From Porphyromonas endodontalis (GTDB taxonomy: Bacteria; Bacteroidota; Bacteroidia; Bacteroidales; Porphyromonadaceae): a DNA stretch of 64,000 bases. A program made the translations under genes and the position numbers. Positions 20,133 through 30,401 of the stretch are shown here, piece by piece. The notes below the pieces were generated by a model. The model saw only the letters and a list, made by a program, of their open reading frames with translations. It ran no database searches and was not told the DNA's origin. Within the stretch, counting starts at the first letter, position 1. Each line of letters begins with the position of its first letter. The stretch covers positions 3,277 through 67,276 of the forward strand of contig NZ_JBQMYL010000011.1 in assembly GCF_052173515.1 (NCBI RefSeq). Reading direction: 5' to 3'.

Positions 20133-20143
20133 CAATATTCTAT

Positions 20144-23100
20144 TCATTTGGTTGCCCCGGAGGAGCTCTCTTCTAGGAGTAATTTCCCCATCGTTGTAGC
20201 ACTTTTTCCATTGCTACCGGATAGGGTACACCTATATATATATAGTCCTCTTATGGGTGAGGTTTGATAGGTAGTAGTGGGAGTCCAAGGGATACGAATG
20301 CTCCCTTGTGAGGGAGATACAAGGCTAAATGATGGGCTCTTGGCCACGCATCGCCCTGTGAAGTCGAAGAGCTCAATGGTAAGAGACATCTCCTCCCCGG
20401 GAGTATTTGTAAATATCTCAAAGGTGATGGGAGTACCAAGTAAGGCCGGATTGGGGAAAGCTTGAGAGGCAGCAACTTGGGGAGCCAAATCTTTGTTTAC
20501 ACGGAACGAAATACTCTTGTCTGCCGCATTATTAAAGACGTCCCATACACGGAGGGTGGCGGTGTGATCTCCCTCGGGTAGCGTGGGAAGTAGGTACACG
20601 ACGGAGCCCTTGCCAGCCTCTAGTTGGTTGGCTCTATAGTAATCGTTGAGAGTAAAGGTGTAGGTAGGATTGTTGTCTATGGACAACGTAATACCATGCC
20701 CTAGGCCTCCTGCCGATAAATTGATACCGCTCATATCAAAAAGATCTGCCACGAATAGAGGAGTAGTGCCCACCACAATGGGAGCTCTGAGGGTGGAGTC
20801 ATTGAGATAAATCCTCTGTATCTCAGGAGGGGTTTTGTCCTCTTCAGATCCACTCCCTCCCATCTCTAGCTTGAGAGATTTATCCACACCCATGGCTTCA
20901 CGCTTAAGAGAAGATGAGTAGGCATAGAAGTTGATTTTCCCTTTTTTATCGGAATAGGAAATATCTTTGGGTACCACAAAAGAGGCTGAGAACTGCCCAT
21001 TTACAACCTCGGCATTACCGGCATAGATAATCCCGGGGTACTCTGAGAATTTGTATACACTCTCTTGATACTCCGGTATGTTTTCTTCTAGTGTAGAGGA
21101 GATCTGCTCAGCATCGAATACGGTAATGGCAATCGTACCATTGAAGTTCCCATCGATAGTTCCGCCCAAATCGTGTATAGCCCCTTCGAGCGAAACACGC
21201 TCAAGAGCATGTAGAGAAATACCTTTTTGAGGATCGGGTTGCTTTCCATTTATCTTGAGTAGGGCTACTTGATGCGTGGGCATCTTAAGGCGTAGGGCTG
21301 GGTCGCCTATCAACGAGAAGTTGAGTTTGTTAATCGTATCTGAGGTGTAGGCACTGTTCTTGGCATTGCGCAATACATCGCCCAATTGATGTAACCGCCC
21401 TCCCTTGTCTTGCGTGAAGAGTGTGCGCAAAAAATGTCTGTTTAGCTCTTGATTGGGGACATCGAATACCACACGAGTGGTGGTAAAGAGGGCAGAGGCT
21501 CCCCCTCTATCGTTGAGGAATGCCACCTCTCCTGCCGAGGTTGTACTATTGTCGTAGGGACAGAAATCACAAGTGGCTGTGATCCAGAGAGGGAGGCGCT
21601 TGTTGCTTAGCCGCTGTACGTCGGGGAGGGTCATTATCTGCTCGTCCGTCCAAGCCGTAGGGCTACCATGCCCTGTATAATTGACAAGAAGGAGCCCTTG
21701 GTCTATAGCATCTAGGAGCTTCCGTTTGGCTGTGGGTACGGTGGTAAGCCCATTAACGGTGCTCTTGGGAAAGGCATCGAGGTACACCTTGTTTACGATG
21801 AGCTCGGGTTGTATCTCCTCTAGTATCTCAGTAAGCTCATTGGCTTGCCTGGCATGCGAATAGCCATCTTGGTTGTCTGCAAGGAAGAGGGTACGCGTCT
21901 TCCATACCCCGGGATCTCCGTTTTCGGCGTAGCGAATGGTCTTGTCTACGGCAGCTTTAGCTTCGCCAAGAGTACGAATGGGGAACCTCCCAATCCCAAT
22001 AGATAGCTGTTTGCGGCCATTGGTCAGATGGTCTTCTCCATCGCGGAGGTAGCCAAAGTAGTCGTCCGTAGTATAGCTATAGATGTTGAGAGAATTGGAG
22101 CTCTGGTAAGTGAGTAGGAAGGGGGTGTTTTGTAGACCGACGCTCTCCCAATGCACGCTTACCTTGCGGTTGTCTGCTGCGCCATCACCAAAGAGAAGGA
22201 GCTGTTGTGCTGATTGCTTCTCTCCGGGGTGGGCTGCCATCCAACGGTCGTAAAAGTATTTTGCCATTAGGCGATAGGCTGTAGCGTCGGGAGTCCCTGC
22301 ATTGAATTCGTTAAATAGAGCCGTCTCTCCCACTACGAGTACTTGCATGCCATCTGCCGAGCGATGGTACTCGGCAAGTCGCTCCGCTTCGGAGAGAAAT
22401 GCCTCCGGAGAGAGTATGATAAGATCGGGCGTAGGGGCTGAGTGTATATCCTGGTTGGCAACCTCCCCTACGACGTTTGGGGTATAGGCATCTTGCCAAG
22501 AGCATGCCAAAAAGTTATAGGGTTGGCCCTCTCGGTCGAGTGCTTGTGTGGTAAAAGAGTGTGTACCTCCACTCTGAGTGGTCTGTACACGATAGGGGAG
22601 GGATCCTTCGGGAGAAGTTGCGAGTATGATACCATCTTGGGGCAGCCCCGAGACCTGATATAGGAGCGCATCGCTCCCCTCTTGTATTCTGCGAAAATCT
22701 GTTTGCTGCCCTGTAGTGTAGTGTAATCTTTGTTCAATAATAAACTCAAGAAAGTCTACATAGGCATTTTCTCCGGCAGGGCGATAGGAAGCGTCCAGTG
22801 CGAGATTTCTAGAACTGCTCGTTGCCGTCACATTGGGTCTAAAGTGGTAAATACCGGCAAGGAAGTCACGAGATGTATGATCTTCGCTTAAAGAAATAGG
22901 ATCTTTTACAAGCTCTTTACCATCAAGAGAGAGTGTAAAGAAGCCTTGGGTAGTGGGGCGAGCCATGTAGGCATAGTTTACTTTGAGGGCGTTGCCGGCT
23001 TGTTCGCCATGCCCGAGATTTACGAGGATTCGCTTGGGCTGCCCGCCCATGAGAGGCTCTCCAAAGAGCATTCGTCCCGATTGTTTAGGGGAGAATATGT

Positions 23101-23683
23101 CTCGCTCGTGTAGTACAAGGGCATCGTAGGTAGAGGTGAGAGCCGGAGCTGTTTGGGGGGCTGTCGGTTTGCGCTCCTCCATGGGTAGGGGGCCGGGCGT
23201 TGCGGCGTCGCTAAGAAGGTAATACCCAAGGCGTGTGTAGTGGTTGGTCACATGCCTATAGCACTTTTGAGCGGTATCGTAGTACCAGTGAGTCGTGCCC
23301 TCTCCATAGAAATAGATTGCATTGTTGTGCCTAAGGAGGGGCACTTGGGGGAGCCCTGCCACCGAAGAGGCTTTCTGCAAATCTTCGCTAAGTAACCTCC
23401 CTCCACGCCCATAGACGCCTACTGCTTCGGGATTACTAAAACCCATTTGGCGTAATTTGTCGTAGGAGAGCGTGTATAGTCCCGATTTGTCTACACTTAT
23501 CTTGACCCATCGACCTGTGGAAAGGGGGGAGCTTTCGTCTGCTCTATTTTGAGCAAAAACGTACCCTCCCATCCCTAAGAAGAGGAAGAAAAGGCTCCCG
23601 ATAATAAGAGCAAATCGGATCAGTTTATGGTGATAGTCTGTAGGAAATAGCACTACAGAGAGGAGACTATTGCGCTTCTTCAT
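20144..23683 (-). CDS. porU: Type IX secretion system sortase PorU (C25 peptidase fold)
   Basis: GRWVKI, LLLFGDG, TDDYFG, NYTGHG (His) and TATCDF (Cys), LIGDPAL, C-terminal CTD. Confidence 0.93.
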   Translation of the reverse strand: MKKRNSLLSVVLFPTDYHHKLIRFALIIGSLFFLFLGMGGYVFAQNRADESSPLSTGRWVKISVDKSGLYTLSYDKLRQMGFSNPEAVGVYGRGGRLLSEDLQKASSVAGLPQVPLLRHNNAIYFYGEGTTHWYYDTAQKCYRHVTNHYTRLGYYLLSDAATPGPLPMEERKPTAPQTAPALTSTYDALVLHERDIFSPKQSGRMLFGEPLMGGQPKRILVNLGHGEQAGNALKVNYAYMARPTTQGFFTLSLDGKELVKDPISLSEDHTSRDFLAGIYHFRPNVTATSSSRNLALDASYRPAGENAYVDFLEFIIEQRLHYTTGQQTDFRRIQEGSDALLYQVSGLPQDGIILATSPEGSLPYRVQTTQSGGTHSFTTQALDREGQPYNFLACSWQDAYTPNVVGEVANQDIHSAPTPDLIILSPEAFLSEAERLAEYHRSADGMQVLVVGETALFNEFNAGTPDATAYRLMAKYFYDRWMAAHPGEKQSAQQLLLFGDGAADNRKVSVHWESVGLQNTPFLLTYQSSNSLNIYSYTTDDYFGYLRDGEDHLTNGRKQLSIGIGRFPIRTLGEAKAAVDKTIRYAENGDPGVWKTRTLFLADNQDGYSHARQANELTEILEEIQPELIVNKVYLDAFPKSTVNGLTTVPTAKRKLLDAIDQGLLLVNYTGHGSPTAWTDEQIMTLPDVQRLSNKRLPLWITATCDFCPYDNSTTSAGEVAFLNDRGGASALFTTTRVVFDVPNQELNRHFLRTLFTQDKGGRLHQLGDVLRNAKNSAYTSDTINKLNFSLIGDPALRLKMPTHQVALLKINGKQPDPQKGISLHALERVSLEGAIHDLGGTIDGNFNGTIAITVFDAEQISSTLEENIPEYQESVYKFSEYPGIIYAGNAEVVNGQFSASFVVPKDISYSDKKGKINFYAYSSSLKREAMGVDKSLKLEMGGSGSEEDKTPPEIQRIYLNDSTLRAPIVVGTTPLFVADLFDMSGINLSAGGLGHGITLSIDNNPTYTFTLNDYYRANQLEAGKGSVVYLLPTLPEGDHTATLRVWDVFNNAADKSISFRVNKDLAPQVAASQAFPNPALLGTPITFEIFTNTPGEEMSLTIELFDFTGRCVAKSPSFSLVSPSQGSIRIPWTPTTTYQTSPIRGLYIYRCTLSGSNGKSATTMGKLLLEESSSGATK

Positions 23684-23766
23684 GCTTATATAACGGATAA
23701 GTAGGGCTCTCTAGTGTATGGGGAGAGGGGAGATTGTTGCAGGAGGATTTCTCTCTCTTACTAAAG

Positions 23767-23819
23767 AAAAAGACCTTGCCTCCTAGTGTACTGACTTCGG
23801 AGCAACTAGGGGGCAAGGG
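23767..23819 (-). terminator. Terminator after gpmA-lpdA
   Basis: CCTTGCCTCCTAG...CTAGGGGGCAAGG stem followed by a T run on the minus strand. Confidence 0.7.
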
Positions 23820-23880
23820 ATAGGAGCGTTAGGGGGATGCCTTACAAATAGTTCTTACAAACTTGGTTGCAAGCAGAGGC

Positions 23881-25239
23881 CTAGGCTACGGGGCTACTCT
23901 CTATAGTCTCTTTGATAATCTCCCCAACTGTTGGGTGGGGGAATACTACAGAGGCCAACTCGTGTGCTTTGATGCCTCTTTCGATGGCAACGGCTATCAC
24001 AACGATAAGTTCGCTGGCAGGATTGCCCAGCATGTGTGCCCCGAGTAGGGTATCGTCCTCACCGATAAGGATTTTGCACACCCCATTTGCCATCTCGTTC
24101 TCAGCAACGAATCGTCCGGCAAAAGCCATGGGCAACTGGTGCTTGCGATAGCTGATGCCCTCTTTTTTGAGTTGGTCTTCGGTCATACCTACGCCTGCAA
24201 CTTCGGGCTGTGTGTAGATAATGCCGGGGATGGCTCGGTAGCTCATTTGGGCATTTTTGCCAAGCATATTATCAACGGCCACCTCTGCTTCGCGCACAGC
24301 TGTATGGGCAAGGAGTGAGTAGCCCGTTACATCCCCTGCTGCATAGACGCCGGGGAGCGAAGTGCGCATCGTTGCATCTACTTTTACTCCTCGTCCCTCC
24401 ATCTCAAGACCGAGGGGAGAGAGCTTTTCAGTCACAGGGCGGCGACCCACGCTTAGTAGGATGCGTTCTGTTGGGATTACAAAACTATTGTCTTCAAACT
24501 CTACCGTTACGCCTTCGGGAGCTACGGAGGTGACTTTGTGTTGGAGGTAGAATTTTACGCCTAGCTTGGTGTATTCGGCACGTAGCAAGGCGCCCATTTC
24601 GCTATCCATACCGCCTAAGATCTCGGGGAGCATCTCGATAACATGTACCTCCACGCCCACACGATTGTAGAAAGCGGCAAACTCCATCCCGATAACGCCT
24701 CCGCCAATAATGGCAATACTTTTGGGGAGTTCTTTACTCTCTAGTGCTTCGCGGCTAGTCCAGTACTCCACAGTATCTAGGCCGGGGATAGGGGGGACGA
24801 AAGTCTCGCTACCCGAGGCGAGGAGGAGACGAGGAGCCGTATAGGTTTCTTCTCCTACCTTTACACTGTATTCTTCGGGTGTGGTTGGGGGTAATATCTC
24901 CCCTTCGCCGGTGACTACGGTTACCCCGGCGTTAGTCATTTTACCCTTAATGCCGGCAACCAGCTTGCGTACGACTTTGTTTTTGCGGGCATTTACTTTG
25001 TCCATCAAAAACTGGTCGGCCGAAGCCTCGATGCCGTACTTCTTGGCATCCTCAGTGAGGTGCCAAATCTTGGCGGAGTAGAGCAGCGTCTTGGTGGGTA
25101 TGCACCCCTCGTTCAGACAAACGCCTCCAAGGGCACGTTTTTCTATCAAGAGCGTGTTAAGTCCTCCACGGGTAGCACGCTCTGCAGCTGTGTATCCGGC
25201 AGGGCCTCCCCCTAGGATGATTAAGTCGTGTGTAAGCAT
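23881..25239 (-). CDS. lpdA: Dihydrolipoyl dehydrogenase
   Basis: GGGPAGY, GGVCLNEGCIPTK, GGGVIG, FPHPTVGE. Confidence 0.94.
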   Translation of the reverse strand: MLTHDLIILGGGPAGYTAAERATRGGLNTLLIEKRALGGVCLNEGCIPTKTLLYSAKIWHLTEDAKKYGIEASADQFLMDKVNARKNKVVRKLVAGIKGKMTNAGVTVVTGEGEILPPTTPEEYSVKVGEETYTAPRLLLASGSETFVPPIPGLDTVEYWTSREALESKELPKSIAIIGGGVIGMEFAAFYNRVGVEVHVIEMLPEILGGMDSEMGALLRAEYTKLGVKFYLQHKVTSVAPEGVTVEFEDNSFVIPTERILLSVGRRPVTEKLSPLGLEMEGRGVKVDATMRTSLPGVYAAGDVTGYSLLAHTAVREAEVAVDNMLGKNAQMSYRAIPGIIYTQPEVAGVGMTEDQLKKEGISYRKHQLPMAFAGRFVAENEMANGVCKILIGEDDTLLGAHMLGNPASELIVVIAVAIERGIKAHELASVVFPHPTVGEIIKETIESSPVA

Positions 25240-25243
25240 AGTC

Positions 25244-25990
25244 TTATTTCTTCTTCCCTTGGTTAGCAACGGCCTCTTGTAGAGCGCGGATTTCGTCGGG
25301 ATCTCCCAAGAAACGATCGCTTACGAGGTTCATATTGTCGTCAAACTCAAAGAGGTAGGGTACGGCTGTGGGGAGATTGAGAGCTGGAATATCTTCGTCG
25401 GATATTTTCTTTAGCACCTTGATAATCCCTCGGAGGCTATTACCATGAGCTGCAATGATAATCTCATTGTTCTTGGCAAGGTCGGGCAGGATCACATTTT
25501 CCCAAAACGGAGTGATGCGCTCTACGGTGTCTTTGAGCGACTCGGTAAGGGGCAACAGTTTGGGATCTACTGCGGCATAGCGAGGGTCGGCAAGAGGGGC
25601 GCGCTTGTCGTCTCGGTCAAGAGCCAAGGGGGGGACGTCGTAGCTTCTGCGCCAGATATGTACTTGCTCATCGCCATACTTTTCTGCCATTTCGGCTTTG
25701 TTCAGTCCCTGCAAGGCACCATAGTGCTTTTCGTTGAGGATCCAAGTCTTCTCTACGGGGATCCAATCCAAATCCATCTCGTCTAGGACCACATTTAGCG
25801 TTTTGATGGCACGTTTGAGGTATGAGGTATAGGCTTTGGCAAAGCGGAACCCTTCGGCACGTAGCAGTTGTCCGGCTTTATGAGCTTCTTCTACTCCCTT
25901 TTCGGAGAGGTCTACATTGGTCCATCCTGTAAAGCGATTTTCTTTGTTCCAAACACTCTCGCCATGGCGGAGCATAACTAGTCTTTTCAT
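25244..25990 (-). CDS. gpmA: 2,3-bisphosphoglycerate-dependent phosphoglycerate mutase
   Basis: [39 protein letters not shown] at 26027-26034. Confidence 0.97.
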   Translation of the reverse strand: MKRLVMLRHGESVWNKENRFTGWTNVDLSEKGVEEAHKAGQLLRAEGFRFAKAYTSYLKRAIKTLNVVLDEMDLDWIPVEKTWILNEKHYGALQGLNKAEMAEKYGDEQVHIWRRSYDVPPLALDRDDKRAPLADPRYAAVDPKLLPLTESLKDTVERITPFWENVILPDLAKNNEIIIAAHGNSLRGIIKVLKKISDEDIPALNLPTAVPYLFEFDDNMNLVSDRFLGDPDEIRALQEAVANQGKKK

Positions 25991-26138
25991 ATCAAGTCTT
26001 GTTATAGACGTTATTACAATTCCCTACAAAGATAGGCTAAGTTGGTCAAAGATAGCCGTTTTTATGCCCTTATTGTCACTGTTTTTCCGACGTATGCAGA
26101 CGGACGATTAAGGGGGGCGATGTGTATAGCGCAGTGCG

Positions 26139-26297
26139 TGGTGCGGGCTCTTGCTCCGTGAGGGCGGTTGCATCTTCGTGAGGGGTGGATGAGATCTATT
26201 CGGCAGCCTCGGAATAGATGGGATGCAACACCGCCGACCTATAGGGGATATATTCCTACAGATCGGCGGCACTCAGTACCCCGGGCACATGGCACCA
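26139..26297 (-). other. GC-rich multi-stem structured intergenic element (candidate ncRNA or dispersed repeat)
   Basis: Nested inverted repeats GTTGCATC/GATGCAAC, ATCTATTC/GAATAGAT, a 15-bp hairpin at 26231-26269, and closing TGGTGC/GCACCA. Confidence 0.45.
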
Positions 26298-26311
26298 GGA
26301 GGATTCTGTTT

Positions 26312-27184
26312 CTATTCTTTTATCCTCTTTTCGCCATCTACAATGTAGATACCGGCGGGTAAATCCTTCCATTCACTCGAGAGACGGATGCCCTCAAGGT
26401 TGTAGATGTCGCGCTTCTTCTGCGGTATGTTGGCTTTCACCTCTCCGATGCTAGATGCTCCTTTACTGATGGTAACCCAGTCGGTTATGACCATATTGTC
26501 GGCACCGAAGAGGGTGTAGTAGCTAGAGCCTTTGATTTGGAATTCTTTCCAGTAGGCTCCCATAGGGGTGGTAATGGCGCAGCCGGTGAACTCGGGCTCC
26601 TTGTCCCACATATAGTCAATGCTGCCTACATACTTGTTTTCGCTGCTACCACCGCCCTTTACGCGCACGTTGCAGTGGTCAAACTTCCAGTAACCGGAGG
26701 AGAGTCCGGATTCCCCTCCACTAGCTTCGAGGGTGCAACCGGATACGGTGATCGTATTCCTGTTGAGAATGCCCAGACGGTTCTCTTTTTTACTGGCTGT
26801 TGTGGAACCATTTACTATGAGTTCTCCGCTACCTGTGAGAGTGCAAATGCCTCCATTGATCATCCCCACACTCCCCTCTGCAGAAATGGTGTTTTTGCCA
26901 ATGAGTTGAATCTTTAGGTTGTCAATACCATGTATAATGCCAACACCATTATCTCCCTCTGCCGTGGTGTGGATAGTCGCATTATCGAGGGTGAGGGTCC
27001 TGGTGGTGTTGTCGTACTTCGCAGTACCCGTTACGCCTTCGATTATGGAGAGGTTGTTGCAATTGTTGGAATTAACCTTTGTACCGGCAATCTGGAGGTC
27101 GTATTCGGTCTGTGCCAGTGCTGTACCTACTCCCAGCGTAGCCACTAGGGCAAGGAGGATTGTGCGTAATGTTTGTTTGTTCAT
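26312..27184 (-). CDS. Secreted protein with a probable T9SS C-terminal sorting-like domain
   Basis: Signal peptide MNKQTLR...ALAQ; beta-rich body; C-terminus IYNLEG...LPAGIYIVDGEK; TACATTTG at 27389-27396. Confidence 0.7.
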   Translation of the reverse strand: MNKQTLRTILLALVATLGVGTALAQTEYDLQIAGTKVNSNNCNNLSIIEGVTGTAKYDNTTRTLTLDNATIHTTAEGDNGVGIIHGIDNLKIQLIGKNTISAEGSVGMINGGICTLTGSGELIVNGSTTASKKENRLGILNRNTITVSGCTLEASGGESGLSSGYWKFDHCNVRVKGGGSSENKYVGSIDYMWDKEPEFTGCAITTPMGAYWKEFQIKGSSYYTLFGADNMVITDWVTISKGASSIGEVKANIPQKKRDIYNLEGIRLSSEWKDLPAGIYIVDGEKRIKE

Positions 27185-27525
27185 GACTCGTTTGTTCTTA
27201 GTTATAACAATAGGGTGAATGGTTTTATTTGCTTCTTTTCCCCTCAAAGCATAGGGTGAAGAAAGAAAATGCCTTTGCTTATTCCTCCGAGGAGGGGAGG
27301 GCAGTGCTGAGGCTTTCTGTATAGAACTTTCCCAATATTTTTATCCTATTCGGATTTGAGGGGTAATCATTGTTTTGTAATTCACCCACAAATGTAAATC
27401 TTTTTTCCAAGAGGTGAAAGTTGCACCATCAAGCATTCTACATAATGTAAAACCATGAAGATTTTACTGAGGAGAGAAAAACTTGTTTCCCCGATTGAGG
27501 AACCATCGTCCTTAACGTTACCGTC

Positions 27526-30042
27526 TTACCTAACGCCGGTCTGTGTATCAAGGTCGGTTGTTGAGAGGCTTTGATCTCGGGTTACTTTACGACTCTTTCC
27601 CGAATTAAAGTTGTACGAAACCTTAAGTCCGATGGAGCGAGACTGGATGTAATTAACCTGACGATGCTCAAAGTCGTCTCCCCACATCTTCGTCTCAAAG
27701 CGATGGTATTGTGAGAAGGGATGTTTTACCGTAAATGTTACGTCTAACTTATTATCCCAAAAACTCTTCTTCACGTAGAAGCTGTACGAATGGCTGTAGG
27801 AGTAGGTCGTACGCAGTTGTGGTGGATTGCCATTGTAATACCACGATGCCCCCAAGAACCATGCTTTGGAAAGTGAGATGTCTGCACTGACCATGAGTTT
27901 ATTTTCCCAGCTCCGTTGCTGTATCCCCTGAGGGGCATAATCAAACAGATGATACCCAAAATCTCCGTAAAACAAGAGGGAGAGGGGTGTGATAGGACGC
28001 CAATTCATCCAAACACTAACACTAGGCTTCCGGTGTATCCCCGCATTGGCATAGGTACTGCACAGGATGTCGGGATTTGCTTTATCCCGGTAGCTTATGG
28101 GCATAATTGCATTGTTCGTCTGGTTGTATGCTGCGCTCAGACTAAGGTAATAGTTATTGGAAAATAGAGTGTACGACAGATTCAAATTATGCTGACGCTC
28201 CGACTCCAAATCGGGATTGCCAAAAGAGAGATCGTAAGGACCGGATTGACTTTTATATGGATTCAGACTCCAAATAGAGGGGCGGATGGGATTCATCTTA
28301 TAGAAAAATGACAACTGTTGTCGATCTGTCAGATTGTAGGAGAGATTGAGTGTTGGTATCAGATGCAAGGCTTGCGTCTGAAAGTTTCGCTTCTCGTCTT
28401 GAGAAAAGGAGATCTTGTCGTACATAAATTCTCCTCGCAAGCCCAAGCTCATCCCGAAGTGACCCTTATTCCATGAATAGTTGGTGTAAGCTGATGCTAC
28501 ACTCTGTAACTGGTTCATTTCTCCCAACTGATAAAGAGGATTATCTATAGGTTGCCAATCTTTCTTTCCGTAGTCCCATGTATAGTACTCGGGATGGGAG
28601 CTACCTAAACGGATTATCTCTTTCGCCCCGATTTGTATGGCATGAGCACCTCCCCAACGGAACTGGTAATCACTTTGTAAGGCATGCTCATTCAAGCCAC
28701 CTCGGGAGAGTTCTTTCCGACGAGTTTCGTCGAAAGGAGACTTCTCCCAAGAGGTAAATCCATCATGATACTGCCGCTCAGTTATATCGTTATATCGCTG
28801 ATCGGGATTGTATGCGTAGCGATAACCAATGGAAAAACGAGGCGTTTTATCATCAGCGTAGAGTTTACGATAAATGAGATTCCCCTCAACAGAGCCTTCT
28901 AGTATGCTCGCCCTTCTGTTTAAGGTTGCATAACGGGGCGGTGCTCCAAGGGGAGAAAAGGTCTGCTGAGACACATCTTGGCTATTGATTGATGAGACAA
29001 TAAAATGCCCATCGGCGTAGAGCATGTTGAGACTATCGAGGGTATATTCTCCCATGATGCGCCCTGTATGGTATTGGAAAATCCCTTTATCATCGCTCCC
29101 TTTTTGTGAGGATTTCAGTTCGCTGAGGGTCTGTGTATCTTTAAATGTGCGTCTATAAATTTCTACAGGTTGATTGGTATGTCGGGTATAATTGTAGTCG
29201 TAAGCAAGAGCGACACTCAGTTTCTCCTTAGTAAGTGTGAGAGAGGTAGCTCCCTCTATCGTGGGTATTGTAGAACCTCCTAGCGAGAGGGAGCCACTAT
29301 AGCCATCAAGGCTTTTGTGGTTGGTAATGATGTTGAGGATTGCATCTCCTGCTGATGAATCGTAACGGGCATCTACTTGGGTAATTACCTCTACTCGTTT
29401 AATCGTATTGGCAGGGATACCTCGCAGCACCTCCGTGGGGCTCATTGAGGCAACACGAGAGGGCGTACCATTAATATAGACAGAAAAGTTAGACGAGCCT
29501 TTGATGCGAATGTTGCCTTCTCCGTCCACACTTACCAATGGAACGTTGCGGAGGGCAAATAGGAGGTTGTCGGTCTGTGCTAAGGCATCGTTTTTCATAT
29601 CATAGGTCAAGCCTACGGGCGAGAGTTGAATTAACTTCCGGCGAGCCACTACTGTAACCTCTCCGAGGAGTGCCTCATCGGGGGCTAGTCGGATGGTATC
29701 GAGTTGGCTCAGGGGGCTCTCAACTGCTCGTTCACATGATTGGGTTTTGTAACCCAAAGAGTGAATTGTGAATCGGCCAAGACCCTCCGAGGGTACCTGT
29801 AATATAAACGTCCCATCATCTAGTGTAATAGCTCCTCCGGAGTGCTGGGTGTTATCTTTAGGCTGATACTCCACAGTTGCGTAGGGTATAGGACTATTGG
29901 TGAGGCTATCTACAACTACCCCTGTCACCTTACATGACTTACTTTGTGCCCATGAGCCCCAGGGGACTAAACTGAGACATAAAATACATATCCAGGAAAA
30001 ACGAACCCTGTTTAGAACGTTAGTTGTAGATCTTTCGCACAT
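27526..30042 (-). CDS. TonB-dependent-receptor-like outer-membrane beta-barrel protein
   Basis: Signal peptide, GVVVDS...PIPYATV N-domain, plug (LRNVPLV, IKRVEVIT, ILNIIT), GNPDLESE, VSYNF near C-terminus. Confidence 0.85.
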   Translation of the reverse strand: MCERSTTNVLNRVRFSWICILCLSLVPWGSWAQSKSCKVTGVVVDSLTNSPIPYATVEYQPKDNTQHSGGAITLDDGTFILQVPSEGLGRFTIHSLGYKTQSCERAVESPLSQLDTIRLAPDEALLGEVTVVARRKLIQLSPVGLTYDMKNDALAQTDNLLFALRNVPLVSVDGEGNIRIKGSSNFSVYINGTPSRVASMSPTEVLRGIPANTIKRVEVITQVDARYDSSAGDAILNIITNHKSLDGYSGSLSLGGSTIPTIEGATSLTLTKEKLSVALAYDYNYTRHTNQPVEIYRRTFKDTQTLSELKSSQKGSDDKGIFQYHTGRIMGEYTLDSLNMLYADGHFIVSSINSQDVSQQTFSPLGAPPRYATLNRRASILEGSVEGNLIYRKLYADDKTPRFSIGYRYAYNPDQRYNDITERQYHDGFTSWEKSPFDETRRKELSRGGLNEHALQSDYQFRWGGAHAIQIGAKEIIRLGSSHPEYYTWDYGKKDWQPIDNPLYQLGEMNQLQSVASAYTNYSWNKGHFGMSLGLRGEFMYDKISFSQDEKRNFQTQALHLIPTLNLSYNLTDRQQLSFFYKMNPIRPSIWSLNPYKSQSGPYDLSFGNPDLESERQHNLNLSYTLFSNNYYLSLSAAYNQTNNAIMPISYRDKANPDILCSTYANAGIHRKPSVSVWMNWRPITPLSLLFYGDFGYHLFDYAPQGIQQRSWENKLMVSADISLSKAWFLGASWYYNGNPPQLRTTYSYSHSYSFYVKKSFWDNKLDVTFTVKHPFSQYHRFETKMWGDDFEHRQVNYIQSRSIGLKVSYNFNSGKSRKVTRDQSLSTTDLDTQTGVR

Positions 30043-30190
30043 ACTCTAGTCAAATGTCTTTCTTTTACTACGCAGTACATCCCGTACTGCTTTCTTTTGC
30101 AATGGTATAAAATAATATTTGATTGAGCAAATATTGTTATATTATTTCGCTCGCTTCTGAGAGAGTACATGCCTTTTATTTGTCCCAAAT

Positions 30191-30295
30191 TCAGGGTGGA
30201 AATGAAAAAAGTATTGCCCTACACTCGCGAGAATGTAGGGCAGAAAATTTTTGTTTCACAGCCTATTAGCCACTCCGATTCTGGGCAGAATCGTT
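30191..30295. repeat. Degenerate 22-bp-register element with TGCCCTACA/TGTAGGGCA hairpin
   Basis: Same motif spacing as 46871-46925. Confidence 0.5.
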
Positions 30296-30401
30296 TTCGT
30301 TTTTACCTGTCGGGTGTAGCGCTTTTAGGGGGGAGGGGAAAAAGGGAAAGGGTATTAGAGAGAAAGAGGGGAGAGGAGGCAGTAGAGCATTCCATCTCGT
30401 T

